A DNA stretch of 64,000 bases, from assembly GCA_964270895.1 (NCBI GenBank), contig OZ185440.1. One strand, written 5' to 3'. A program made the translations under genes and the position numbers. Shown piece after piece: positions 45,201 through 57,900 of the stretch (position 1 is the first letter of the stretch; each line of letters opens with the position of its first letter). The stretch comes from Podarcis filfolensis. Taxonomy: Eukaryota. The notes under the pieces are model-generated. The model worked only from the letters and a program-made list of their open reading frames with translations. It did not search any database and was not told the DNA's origin.

Positions 45201-48200
45201 CCTATCTGACAGCTTTGGAACACTGGGCAAGGACAATCAGTTTATGTCACTCAAGATTAGTTCTGAGGTACTTCAAAAGAGTAAGGTGAGTGATGGAATG
45301 ACGGGCATTGGCAGTGGGGTGGTGACCTTGTGACAGGGTGAAGGAAGAAATTCTGAGAGGGAAGGCACCTAGGCTGAGAAGGCAAAACTCCCATTAAGTG
45401 AGTGTGGCAAAATTAGGACTCCCCTGGTGCCCAAAGGGGGGGGTACTATTGGACAGTGTGGATGGTTTATTCCCTGGGAGACCTGTTTTGAACCAATTTA
45501 CTGGGATCTACACACTGAATTACTTGTTATAAACAACTTAAGGGATTAAAAAAAAAATCCGTATTGACAACATTGCTATTACAGATATTCAAAAATGCCC
45601 TTAAAATAACACTTCTCTTTTCTTTGCAATTCAAGCTTAAATCCATGAAGATTGGGCCTTCGATGCTTGTTCTAATTCATACATGTAAACTCTGAAACCT
45701 CTCCACTTGATCTAAGGGGATCTAAAATCTAAGGTTTCTTTTACTTAAATGGAAGGAGAAAAACTTCACCATTACAAATTGCATATTTTACTAGAACAGG
45801 CAAAGAAATTTAAAAGTGCTTGTGTAAACCTCTACTGGTTGATACCATCCCACACCAATCCCACACACTGCTCTGCTGATAGGAAATTATAGCAGCAATA
45901 GGGAATTGGCTGGGCTAGATTTGGAAGTCCATCAGGCCAGAGGTCCTCATCTCTGGTTTAGGGACATAAGAACACTGCTGAGCCCTTCACTGACAAATAT
46001 GGAGAACCTCTCCCGTCTCACCCAACAGAACCCCATGACCTAGCGAATGCAGTTTCGTTAAAGGACTTCAGTCCTGACCTGCAGTGAAGTCTTGTCATCC
46101 AGCAAGAAATGCCTGGAATAATCTTTTCCACGATGCCCAGACAAGGAACAGTGTGAGATCAAGTTATATCAGTTTATTTCCAGCACCTACAGATGAGGTC
46201 CTGTGCAGAAGAATATATAAATAAGAAGAGTCTTCATAAACTGCAATCTGAAACAACAGCTTAGAAGTCTTTTTGGCATATATGCAGTCAATCAATTAAT
46301 TGCAATTACATGCAAACATGACCTCCTGGCTGTACAGCAGTATTAAATGTGTAACTGAGGTCATACACTCAGTTTTATTTAGATATTTATTTAATTTATA
46401 TACCACTCTTCATCTAAGGATCATAGGGCAGTTTAAAGTATAAAAACATATAAGACAGTAACAAACCAAACCAAACAATATTCAACACTATAAAGCACAT
46501 TTGAAACACATTATCACAGTTTCAAGTACCCAGAACTCTTTGAAAGAATTTCCTTTAAAGGTATGTTGTAAACACAGCTTAAGAGCACTCTCGTATATCG
46601 CTTTAACTGTCATGACTTCCCACAAAGAGTCCTGGGAAGTGTAGTTTAATATCAGCTCTGTGAGGGGTCTCCTGACAACTCTCAGCACCCAAACTACAAT
46701 TCCCAGGAATCTTTGGAGGAAGCCATAACTGTTAAAGTGGCATAGGAGTGCTTTAAAGGTATATAGTGGATGTAACCTGAAATAGCCAGTTCGTTGCCAA
46801 TAATTTACTTTAGCTTGTGTGCCACAATCCTCTCTAATCATGGCGGTTGTGTCAAGCATATGTGACTGTTCTTGACACAAACCATTTAATATTGCAATCA
46901 ACATAAAATCAGTTCATGCTTCTCATTTTTTCGTTTTGCTCTTGAGTGGGTATGATTCTGCACAAGTTAAGCACTTGGGTCCCATTCATTTCAGCAGGAG
47001 GATTAAACTTGGTATTCCAAATGTGACTTAAACACATCTAATTCTGACTTGCTAGTGCCCTAAGATTTTAGTTTTCCTGGGTACCTACCGTCTCTGGGGC
47101 ACACTTATGGTTGTTGAAGACTTTCTTAATGCTTCTAAACTTCCCACTGAAGCTGAGGGTAGAAAAAGAGACAGCATATTGTATCTGACACAGTCGTACG
47201 AGGCAGCTGAAATGTTCTAAGACTGTTTTTTCATCCTTCCACCCCAACCAAGGAAGGAGCTATCTAGACAACCATCAGGCATTTTGTCTGTTTATAATTC
47301 TGCAATTCCTCGTTGAGCTATTTTATTGGGTGGTAGTGGTGACTCAATGGGTGGAATTAAGCTGTGACTGGATAGGGTCAGGGTCAGGCCCTTTGGCTGG
47401 ATCTTTGCCCCTCCAGACTGGTGGTTTATTATGACTAAACAACTAAAAAACAACAACAAATTCTGCAACATCTGCTTGACACAGTAACAGTGCACTATTG
47501 GCAGATTTCTTCTGCTTTGGTTTGTTCCGCTTGCATAATGCTACCACATTATTGGTATTCTGAGAGGCTATAGCACAACAAAAGGAGGACAGAAATAAAC
47601 TGGAGCATCTGTGGTATAAAAAGTTTCAGGCAAAAAAAGCAAGCAAGCATGGAATATGCGCTGATTGGCTCTGAAGCCAAATGATGGCCCCCAAACATCT
47701 GCAGTCCCAGATAGCCTTGAAAGTGGATTCACATGTGATCTTCCCAATACATACCCCGATTTGAGTGGGACATCCCAGAATTACAGAGGCTATCCTAGGT
47801 TCTGAATGCATCTTGGAATGTCCCATTTTTTGGTCTGGTGCTGTTGCACGAACCAGCTGGCTTGCACCAGTGAGCTGGACCTAAAGATGCTCGTTCTTTG
47901 CTCTCACGCTCTTGCACAAGTCATCTGGCTCCTGCATCTGATTTTGTGGGGTGTTAGAGGGCAAGCCAATGCTGTCATGAGCACAAATCATCATTGTTGC
48001 ACAATAAAATAATAATGTTCAGAGGGGCCCTAGTGTCTCAGCTCATATACTGTTTCCTGACCAGCTGCAGTCCGGAAGCTGAGAGAATTTAGTAAGGGAC
48101 CCCATCCCTGCCACTCTGTCCACCAGCCTTACTTCACCTTGGAGAAGAGTTAGACTTTGAGTACCAATCTTAGCTTGAGTGTCCAAAGTTCTTGGAAATG

Positions 48201-48835
48201 CAGGTTACAAAGATGGCTGGGTTTCTGTTGGGAATTCCAGTGTCTGGGTAGACTTGTCTTGGGTTCAGTTCCTGAGGCTAATTCTGTCATTGAGGCTGAG
48301 TCATGCCAGCATGTCCCTGGCACCGAACTATCTCTAACATGCAACCCAGCCAATTCTGGGTCAAACTGGAAGTGGTAGATAATGTATATCCTGAAGTGCT
48401 GAGATAATTCAACAACTTTTGTTTTACCCCCCAACACTTGCAGCATGGCTGCAGGATTGCTCATAAGGATAAATTATACACAAAGATTGCGGTGCATGTA
48501 TCTCGGGCAATTGATCTGGCCATGAGGGTCCTTAGCAGGAGAGTCCCAAGGTGGCAGCTCTGCGAGAACTCCCCTGCCCCGCCACCATTGCCACGGAAGT
48601 GGCTCTAGTATCAGCCCAAATCACACCTGAAATCACGAGAGTTTTTGCAGAGCGCTTCTCTACCAGTGGCGGAAGTGGTCAGGCAGGCAGAGAAGTGGTG
48701 CCAGTGGCAGGAGGGCAGGGCAAGGTGGCACTTCCCATTTTGCCTCGAGCAACAAAACAGGACACACCACCCTGGTTCTTGGGCCCCTGTGGGAGATCAG
48801 ACCAGCTCCCACACCACACTCCTGCAGTAACTTAC

Positions 48836-48928
48836 ACTTCTCGACCGGCAATTCTTCTGCTTCTTCCTTCGGCTGCGGCAGGAGTAGCTCAATGCCTCTG
48901 AGTATAGTATACCTGATGACTGGATAAT
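48836..48928 (-). CDS. RGSL1: RGSL1 exon ([31 protein letters not shown])
   Basis: Acceptor tttcaaaaag|AT, donor T|gtaagt; matches recalled human DNAILRFTLLRGIEWLQPQ. Confidence 0.75.
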
Positions 48929-51900
48929 CTTTTTGAAATTGTAATAATAAAAAAGACAAAACATAATATTACACCAGAGGATTCCCAATCTCTCTCTTTT
49001 TTTTTAAATAATATTTATTACTTTTAAAGATTACAGAAAAGGGAAAAAAAGGAAAAAGACAAAAGAGAAAAAACAAAAGAGAGAAGAGACATGTCAGGGA
49101 ACTGACATCGGAGCCAGAGGTGGAGGCAAGGCTCCCAAGCGATGCTGGAGAAGGGCCCAGCAGGGAGAGAGGGAGCTCATCGGCTGGGGAAGGAAATCAG
49201 CGTAACACCAGGGATAAAGGGGGGCAGATGGGGGAATCGGCGAGGGGGCTCCAGGACTCCTCGCCGGAGACCAGCGGGGAGAGCACAGGTCCTCCGCTAC
49301 CCACACCCACCCTGCGCAGAAGACTTCCGCACAGGGAAAGTAGGCGTAGACTTGGCGTCAAAGAACTTCTTTGCTGGAAGAAGTTCAAGAAACGCCCACT
49401 TACGGATTCTGCTAGCGACTGAAACAGCCACGAAGTGAAGGGCTGTCCAGACAGAAAAGGTTTAACCAGGCAACCTAGCCAGGAGTGGCGGCAACTTACG
49501 CACGAGCAATCCCTATAACCATTACAAGACAATACAATACAATATATAAACAATAAAGAACACAACCTAAACACATTAAACTAGACACATTAAACTAAAC
49601 TAAACAAAACCCTAACTCACCCTAACCCTAAACAAAGCAAAACAAAAACCATTTAAAAACATACATCACACCTTTTCCATATCTATCTTTCATTCCCTTG
49701 TTTCCTCGACCTCCTCTCACCTCCCTTTTTGTATTCCACTTCTATTAATTGTTTCAGCAAATCCTTTCCATCTTTCTCTATTTTCTATCATAATATAAAT
49801 ATCTTAACATATTTTTAACGTTATTTTCCATTAAAGATAAAATACTTATATATGCTTAACTCCTTATAACATTTCTGCTAAGGCCATAAAATTTCATTCC
49901 ACCATTTTTCTATCACTCATTAATTTTACAGTATTTCTATATATAAACTTTAAATTTTCCAATCTTCTTCCACCATCTCCTCTCCCTGGTTTCGGGTTCT
50001 GCCAGTCCTTTCCGTCAATTCCATATAGTCCATCAACCTGGCGATCTTATATCCGAGGCTCTTAACTCTTTTCCAGGCCCCTTCTGCAGGTCTTCTTCAT
50101 ATTCTTTAATGCTAAAGAGCAGATCTCGGGAAGACTCCGACCCAACAATACTTTTATTCCCTCTGGACAGGTCAGCCAAATTTCCATAGTTGAAGCTAAG
50201 ATCCATAAAGTGTTTCAGGACATGTTTCAAGATTCCTTCAAATCCAAAGGCCCCCAGAACTTCGATCTCCTCCAAACCCAAGTCCATGTCCCAGAAGTCA
50301 GTTAATCCCTGCATAGAGGGATCTTTCCAACTTTCCTTCTTCAGTCCAAGCCGGGATCCGATCCTCAAAATCTGACTTTTTCTAGATTCAATCATAAAAG
50401 GCCTCAACCTATAGTCCTCAATTTGCTTCTATAAAACTAAGGATCCCTCTTGTACTACTTTAGGTTCAACAACAACAGCTTTCTCCTTCTCCTCCACAAT
50501 TTGTCCTGCCAAAGTGGATTCCTGTACCAAGTCCTGAATTATTTCTGTGTTGGTGCTCACTTTTTGTCTCAGATTAATCACTTTTTGTCCCAAGTTATCA
50601 ATTTTAATAGTCATAGTGAAGCTGTTCCAGCGAATAGCTTACCTTACATAATACGGTCACTATGGCTTCTGTCAACATTCTTAAATGGTCCAAGGTCAAT
50701 TCCCGGTTCTCACAATTTCTTATCTTGCAGCTGGAGATTCCCCAGTTCCACTCCTGTAGCAATTTCAAAAGCTCCCTCTAGAGGGAAACAGTCTCCACTT
50801 GTATCAATCCTTTCAAACACAACTCAAGCAATAAAGATAGTTTCAATTTTCAGTTACTTTTCCTCCTTTTTAAACGCAGAAGAGAACAATGGAAACAGTA
50901 TACTTCTCTTATTTAGTTAGCTGTCAAATACGTTCTGTTCACAGTCAATGAACTCTCCCAAAACGTCACTTTTTCTAGCAGCCCGTTTCCAGGTTTAGAG
51001 CGGTGGTAATTTGATTTTTCGCTCTCTCCTGCAGGCTCGCTAGGTTCAAAATTTCCCCCCTCTTCTCCTGCTTCCAAGGGGGGTTTGGTGTTTTTATCCG
51101 ACGGAAATTAATCCTTTACCAAAGATTTTCCATGACTTTAGCTTGTAACGTCTTTGCTTCAAACTATTTACAAAAGAGGAAGGCGGACTTCCTGTTTAAA
51201 ACCTTCCTGTTTCAATGCCAAATTAAGATATTTGAAGATCCAATTTTCTGTTCTACTCACGGGTAGTTGTTTAAAGTCCAATTGTCCGCAGGAAAAAGTC
51301 AGCGCTCTCCGGCAACAGCAATGCAGCTTCACTCCATGAAAAAAGCAGTCGATTCGAAGCACCGCGCCACTCACCCCACGTCGCTCCGGATCCCCAAAAC
51401 AGGGTTTCCCCGCGGGTAGGGGAGGCGCAAAAGGTGCCAGCCGAATCCCAAGTTCACAAGCTTCTCCCGCCTGTGATTTCAGTGGGTCTCCGCCTTCGCC
51501 GTGGCGGTCAGACCCTGGTTTCCACGGAGCAAGTTCCTCCCGATCGGAGGAGCTCCGCCATTGCCAAAGGCGCCAACCCGGAAGTCCCCAGAGGATTCCC
51601 AATCTCACCAATCACCTTTCTGAAGGTCCGGTTACCCCAGATAGGATAGATGCAAATCTCTGTGGTTGTTAAAAGCACAGAGAATACTTTAAAGAAAACT
51701 GTTCAGAAGCCAGAATTCCATTCTCTTGATGGAATAGACACTTAATAATTACTTGACATGTGCTCAATGCATTTTTGGCTGGCTAACTTCTGAATAGTTT
51801 TTCTGTCAATTAATGCTTATGTGGCATCATCATGCATCTTAAGCCTCAAGACTTGAGCTATATGCAACTTCTCAGCGAGCCTGAAACTGCTCAACAAACT

Positions 51901-54900
51901 AATTGCACAAGATTGCCAGCTTGAAGACTCCTGGAGAAAAAAATGATTTTGATTTCAATATAATAATAATAATAATTATAATAATTATAATAATAATAAT
52001 ACAAGTTACATTTGTTAGTCGCTTTATCTTGCTCAAGGCAACCCAAAGCAACTTACAGAGCAATGGGCAAAGGGGGCTAGAAAGGTGAGATAAGATTCTG
52101 TGGAATATCATAGCACCTATTAGCTTGCTGTGGCCAGGATGGGAGGCTCAGAAGGTGGCTTTCCTTCTTTTTTCCTTTCCCTTCCTTTCCTTCCCTTTAC
52201 TCTCCCTACTGACTCTGCCCCTCACGCTGACCACATCAGCTCCAGGACCTGTTTAGTGGCCTGTCAGGGCAGGGAGGGGCTTAGGGATCAAGGAGAACCA
52301 CGACCCTGACATGTCCCAGTTCAGCCCACACCATCCAAGGAACATCAGCCGTGGGTCACCAACAGTGATGGAGCTTTCCACTCCCATAGGGAAGAAACCT
52401 TTGCCAGCAGACCTCCCTCTCTGCTGACAGGGGTTGTGGTTCCTTCCACTGCCTTGTCTGCTGCCTCAGCCACTCTCCCACAAGGTTGTCATCCAATTTT
52501 CAAAGAACTTAGAATTTTTAACCATGGATTCTGACTTAGTCATAACTGGGCAACTGTGTATTGGAAGAGACTGTATATTGAAACTATGGAGCTAAGCAAA
52601 TTCAACAAGAGAGTATTTCAGATACTTTGAAATACTTCATAATAGTGTTGTGAGTTTTGGTTGTGTGCCTGGGTCCCTTCGGATTCCTGTATCCTCCAAG
52701 GATTGGTAATGCCCCCCTAAGTATGGGTTGTGAAGGTAACAAAGGAAGTGGTTCTGTGCCAGAGAGCAAATGGGTGGGCCCTCCTCCCTCAATCGACCAG
52801 TAGTTTTTGGGACGAGCGCAGAAAGAATAAACGCCATGGTGCATCTGCAGCAGCACAGCTGGATGCCTTCATCTGCCCCAGCTGCAACAAAACATGTCTC
52901 TCCCATATGGGTCTCTACAGCCACAGCAGACACTGTAACTCTCCAACTTCACCTCCAAAGGTTCACTCTTCCATTGTCTTGTGAGACGAGTCTCACACTG
53001 CTCAGAGTGGGGAGGCATGCAACAATATAATTAGAATCATAGAATCATAGAATCATAGAGTTGGAAGAGACCGCAAGGGCCATCGAGTCCAACCCCCTGC
53101 CAAGCAGGAAACACCATCAGAGCACTCCTGACATATGGTTGTCAAGCCTCTGCTTAAAGACCTCCAAAGAAGGAGACTCCACCACACTCCTTGGCAGCAA
53201 ATTCCACTGTCGAACAGCTCTTACTGTCAGGAAGTTCTTCCTAATGTTTAGGTGGAATCTTCTTTCTTGTAGTTTGGATCCATTGCTCCGTGTCCGCTTC
53301 TCTGGAGCAGCAGAAAACAACCTTTCTCCCTCCTCTATGTGACATCCTTTTATATATTTGAACATGGCTATCATATCACCCCTTAACCTCCTCTTCTCTA
53401 GGCTAAACATGCCCAGCTCCCTTAGCTGTTCCTCATAAGGCATCGTTTCCAGGCCTTTGACCATTTTAGTTGCCCTCCTCTGGACCCGTTCCAGTTTGTC
53501 AGTGTCCTTCTTGAACTGTGGTGCCCAGAACTGGACACAGTACTCCAGGTGAGGTCTGACCAGAGCAGAATACAGTGGCACTATTACTTCCCTTGATCTA
53601 GATGCTATACTCCTATTGATGCAGCCCAGAATTGCATTGGCTTTTTTAGCTGCCGCGTCACACTGTTGGCTCATGTCAAGTTTGTGGTCAACCAAGACTC
53701 CGAGATCCTTTTCACATGTACTGCTCTCAAGCCAGGTGTCACCCATCTTGTATTTGTATTTCATAATTAAATATGACATGATCTAAAATGTCAAGAGATG
53801 GTATTTATTCTGCATTATTGGAATATATGGGCACATGAAGACAAACATGCAAAAACACTCACACACACTTTCTGGTCAGATACATATGTCATAAGGTGTA
53901 ACAGATGCAACAGAGTACATAGAATCTGCACACTCTTGCTTACCACCAGTGTAACAGCTGGGCCTCCTAGATAGTTTTGTTGTAACCACTGGAGGAGAAG
54001 GTTCTGTTTTCTCTGACTTGGGTTTTTTGAAGCCCCTCATTGCCTTCCAAGTGCAATATCTGCAAGGATAGCGTTGACATTGGCATACTGTATTTAACTG
54101 AGACAACCAAAGGCATTGTTACTGGCTGGGACAGTCACAAAAGATGGGACTGCACGACAAAAATAGTTGCCAAACCGGCTATAGCTTTATTGAGCCCCTG
54201 CTGATTTGGCCCCAGAGCCATTCTTCCAGCCCTGGTGTCGCTGCAGCTTGCAATGGCTGAATAATAGCTGTTTGTGTTTGCATGGCCACGCCATCACAGA
54301 TTAATTTATCACATAAAACATGCACTTGCAAAATGGTCATGATAAGCTTAGCAAATTATAACCACACCTATTGTGTTAACCCAATTAAATCCTCATCCTC
54401 CGATATCTGCCCCCTAATTTGGCTCCTCTTGAATTTGATTTTTTAAATTGTGTTGTTAAGTTGCAAAGGCAACTTTGGGTCAGATTCAATGAATCTGTTT
54501 ATAATCTACACGCAATGGCTTCATCCATTACCATTATAACAATAATGCACACACTTTGCCTTTCTAATCTACTTACTTCTTCCAGTAGAATAATAAAACT
54601 GGAAAGATACTCATAAAAGCAGAATGATAAAGAATCCTGTTCAGCACACCTTCAGCAATAAAATTTCGGATCTGAACGACCTGTGCATCTGTGAGGTTGA
54701 CCTGGACACAGAAGAAGAGGCCATATCAGGAAGCAGATGACAACTACATCAACCTTCAATTAGAAAGAAACAGAACATTTCATAGCACAGCTGATGTCAC
54801 AGGATCCTTTGGGATCCTACCTTTCAACTGAGGGCTGAATGCAAGAACCTGCATGTGAGGCTTTCTTTGGGGGAAACAGACGCACAATACTAGGGAGGTC

Positions 54901-57900
54901 ATAGTTGACATTTTATCGTCAGTGTGAATCTGGTTTCACAGCTTCCCTCCCACATCTACATACCAGCAATTTAAGCAGTGGCTCATCCCTCAGTCTTGCT
55001 CTGTGTCATGCCTCTGTCAAGACCAGCCTGGAGTCCAATGAAGCCTCTTTAGAAGAGGGCCCCATTTTCAAGCCTAGCTCTCATGAGATTCTAGGAAACT
55101 CAGTGGAAACTGGCAACCCTCTTGAGACCATCTCCCAGGAAGATGCCTCACTTGAGGAAGCTACCCCTGGCCACTCAAAATGGTGCCGCTGCCACAGAAC
55201 ATTGCCAACACTATCAGAGATCACCTCTGTTGCTACCAAACTTGGTGATTAAGCAGTATGCATAGAAATAGCTAAAACAAACATATATCTAGCTGAGTGC
55301 ATATACTGTTGGAAGTGCTGGGGTGCAGCTCAGCTTGCACTGAAGGCTGATGTATCTCCATGAGAAAGGGGAGATGGGGAGAGGAGCCTCCAGACTTTCT
55401 GGTCTGTCCTTCTGATCTTCCTTCAGGGCTAGACTACCGGTATACACTGTACTCTTAGCACTGCTGACTTCACTTCCTGTGTCCATTCCCTTTCTTCTTC
55501 TTATGTGTGTTCCTCATGACAATAGGCATGATTTGATGTCTACTCCTGAGATACAAGAGCAAGAATGGCTTACTGCATCTCCATCTTAGCCAGAGAGAAC
55601 TAGGGATCTTTCCTATCAACATGTATTTCCAATAACAAATACTACCTTTCTTTCCCCTCAAAAATCCGGAGTCTCAGCATGATTGTATCCGGGGGGGGGG
55701 GGTCTGTCTCCATTCAGCTTCTGCCAGCATTTTACTCCAAATGCTACCATTCACTATGGCATTTAGCAGAAGTCCCAATGGCTTCATTTTGTGCCCAACT
55801 GTCTTAGAAAACTTGACTCCAGCCTCTTACCCTCAGTTTAGGTGGGATATCTGAATTCAAAAAGAGCTTGTTGATGGTGGACACTTTGCTCTTCAGAAAG
55901 GCAATATCTTTCTCGGTGTATAACCCAAGGGAGGACAGGACGACCACGGAGTCAGAGAGGTAAAAAAACCTGCGGCAATAAAAGACAGACACAGAGCAGA
56001 AGATGGAGAGATGGGTGGGCAGTGGGAATGGGGGTATGTTGGACACAACACAAAACCTGAGGCAGGATCTCATCATCACAACTGGTGGCTGGAATCTGGA
56101 CACTGGGCAATATCTGGGGTCACTGAGAAGGATCTTTATCAGGGTCATTCTCATGCTGATAAGAGGAAAGCAGGCATATAAACTCAGGACTAATTCCAAG
56201 ATGGTCCCTGCTCGTCATGAGAAACCAGTGCAATCGGAGCTCTTCCATTGTCACCATTAAGCACCTGATGGTACATGGCTGGTAGGAAGCATTCAGTAAA
56301 CAAACAAACAAACCCAACAACATAAGCAATATTTCTTGATCAGGAGCTGGCTGAATTGCAGGAAGCAGAGAGTAAGAATAAATGGACGGTTATCCCAATG
56401 GAAGGATGCAGAAAGTGGAGTCCCACAAGGACTGGTGTTGGGACCTGTCCTTTTAACTTGGCGAGGTTGCCAAGTTTGCTGATGATATGAAATTGCTGTG
56501 TGCGCTTATATCTAAAAAGGATTGTGATGGGCTCCAAGCGGATCTCTTCAAACTGCATGAATAGGCAGTAAAATGGCAAATGCAATTTAATGCAAGCAAG
56601 TGTAAAGCAATGCACATTGGGACAAAATAAAATTCCTAATTTCACATGTGTGCTCATGAGATCTGGACTGGCAATGACTGACTTGGAAGGAAACCTTGTG
56701 GTCATAGGGAAAATGTTGACCTTGTGTGTGGCAGCTGTTAAAACAGCAAATACCACACTAGGTATTGTTAGGAAAGGGACTGAAAATTAAACTGCTGATA
56801 TCGTAATACAGATCTATGGTGTGACCACACCTGGAGTACTGTAGAATACCATTTCAGTTGCCTTCCCTCAAAAAGCTATTACAGTGGTACCTCGGGTTAA
56901 GTACTTAATTCGTTTTGGAGGTCTGTTCTTAACCTGAAACTGTTCTTAACCTGAAGCACCACTTTAGCTAATGGGGCCTCCTGCTGCTGTTGCGCCGCCA
57001 GAGCACAATTTCTGTTCTCATCCTGAAGCAAAGTTCTTAACCCAAGGTACTATTTCTGGGTTAGAGGAGTCTGTAACCTGAAGCGTCTGTAACCTGAAGT
57101 GTATGTAACCCAGGGTACCACTGTATAGAGTTAGAAAAGAGCAACCAAAACATTTGGGACTTTTTAGTTAAGAGAAAAGGCAAGTAAGGGGAGGCATGAG
57201 ATATCTGCATAAGATTATTTGTGGTATGAAGAATTGGGGGTATAGGAAAGTTTTTCTCCCTCTCATAATACCAGAATTCATCCAACGAAGTGGAGCCTTG
57301 GAATATTCAGGACAGACAAAAGAAAGGACTTCTTCACATACCACATAGGTTAATTTGCAAAATATAGCGATGGCCACCAAATTGAATGATTTAATTTTTA
57401 AAAAAGATTAAAAGTGGAGGATAGGCTATCATGGCTCCTAGCAATGATTGGCTATGTTCTCCCTCCCCTGCCAGAGGCCCTGGGCCTGCGAATGCTGTGA
57501 GTCGCTGGTGGAGAGAGGGCTCGGGCTCAGGTCCCAGCTGGTGGGCTTTCCATAGGTAACTAGCTGGCCATGTCAAGTATAGGCTGCCGAATCGGATGGG
57601 CCTTTACCTGATCCAACAGGACTCGTTTTTATATTCTTAATATAATCCAAACTGGCATTTTTACCAGATGACCCTATATGGTGATACTTACAGCACAAGG
57701 CACCACCTTGCTATGTGAGGGCCAATTTAGATGTGATTATGACAAATGCTTCTGTTCAGAGATTTGCCCCGCTAAATGTCTGCTCTGTTCACGCATGGAG
57801 TCCAAGAGGTGTGCAAGGCATGGCAGGAGAAATAACAGAGGCTTGCTCACTCACTTCTCCATCTCCAGGTAAAAATAGAGATCGTTGACCAGGAAGTTGA

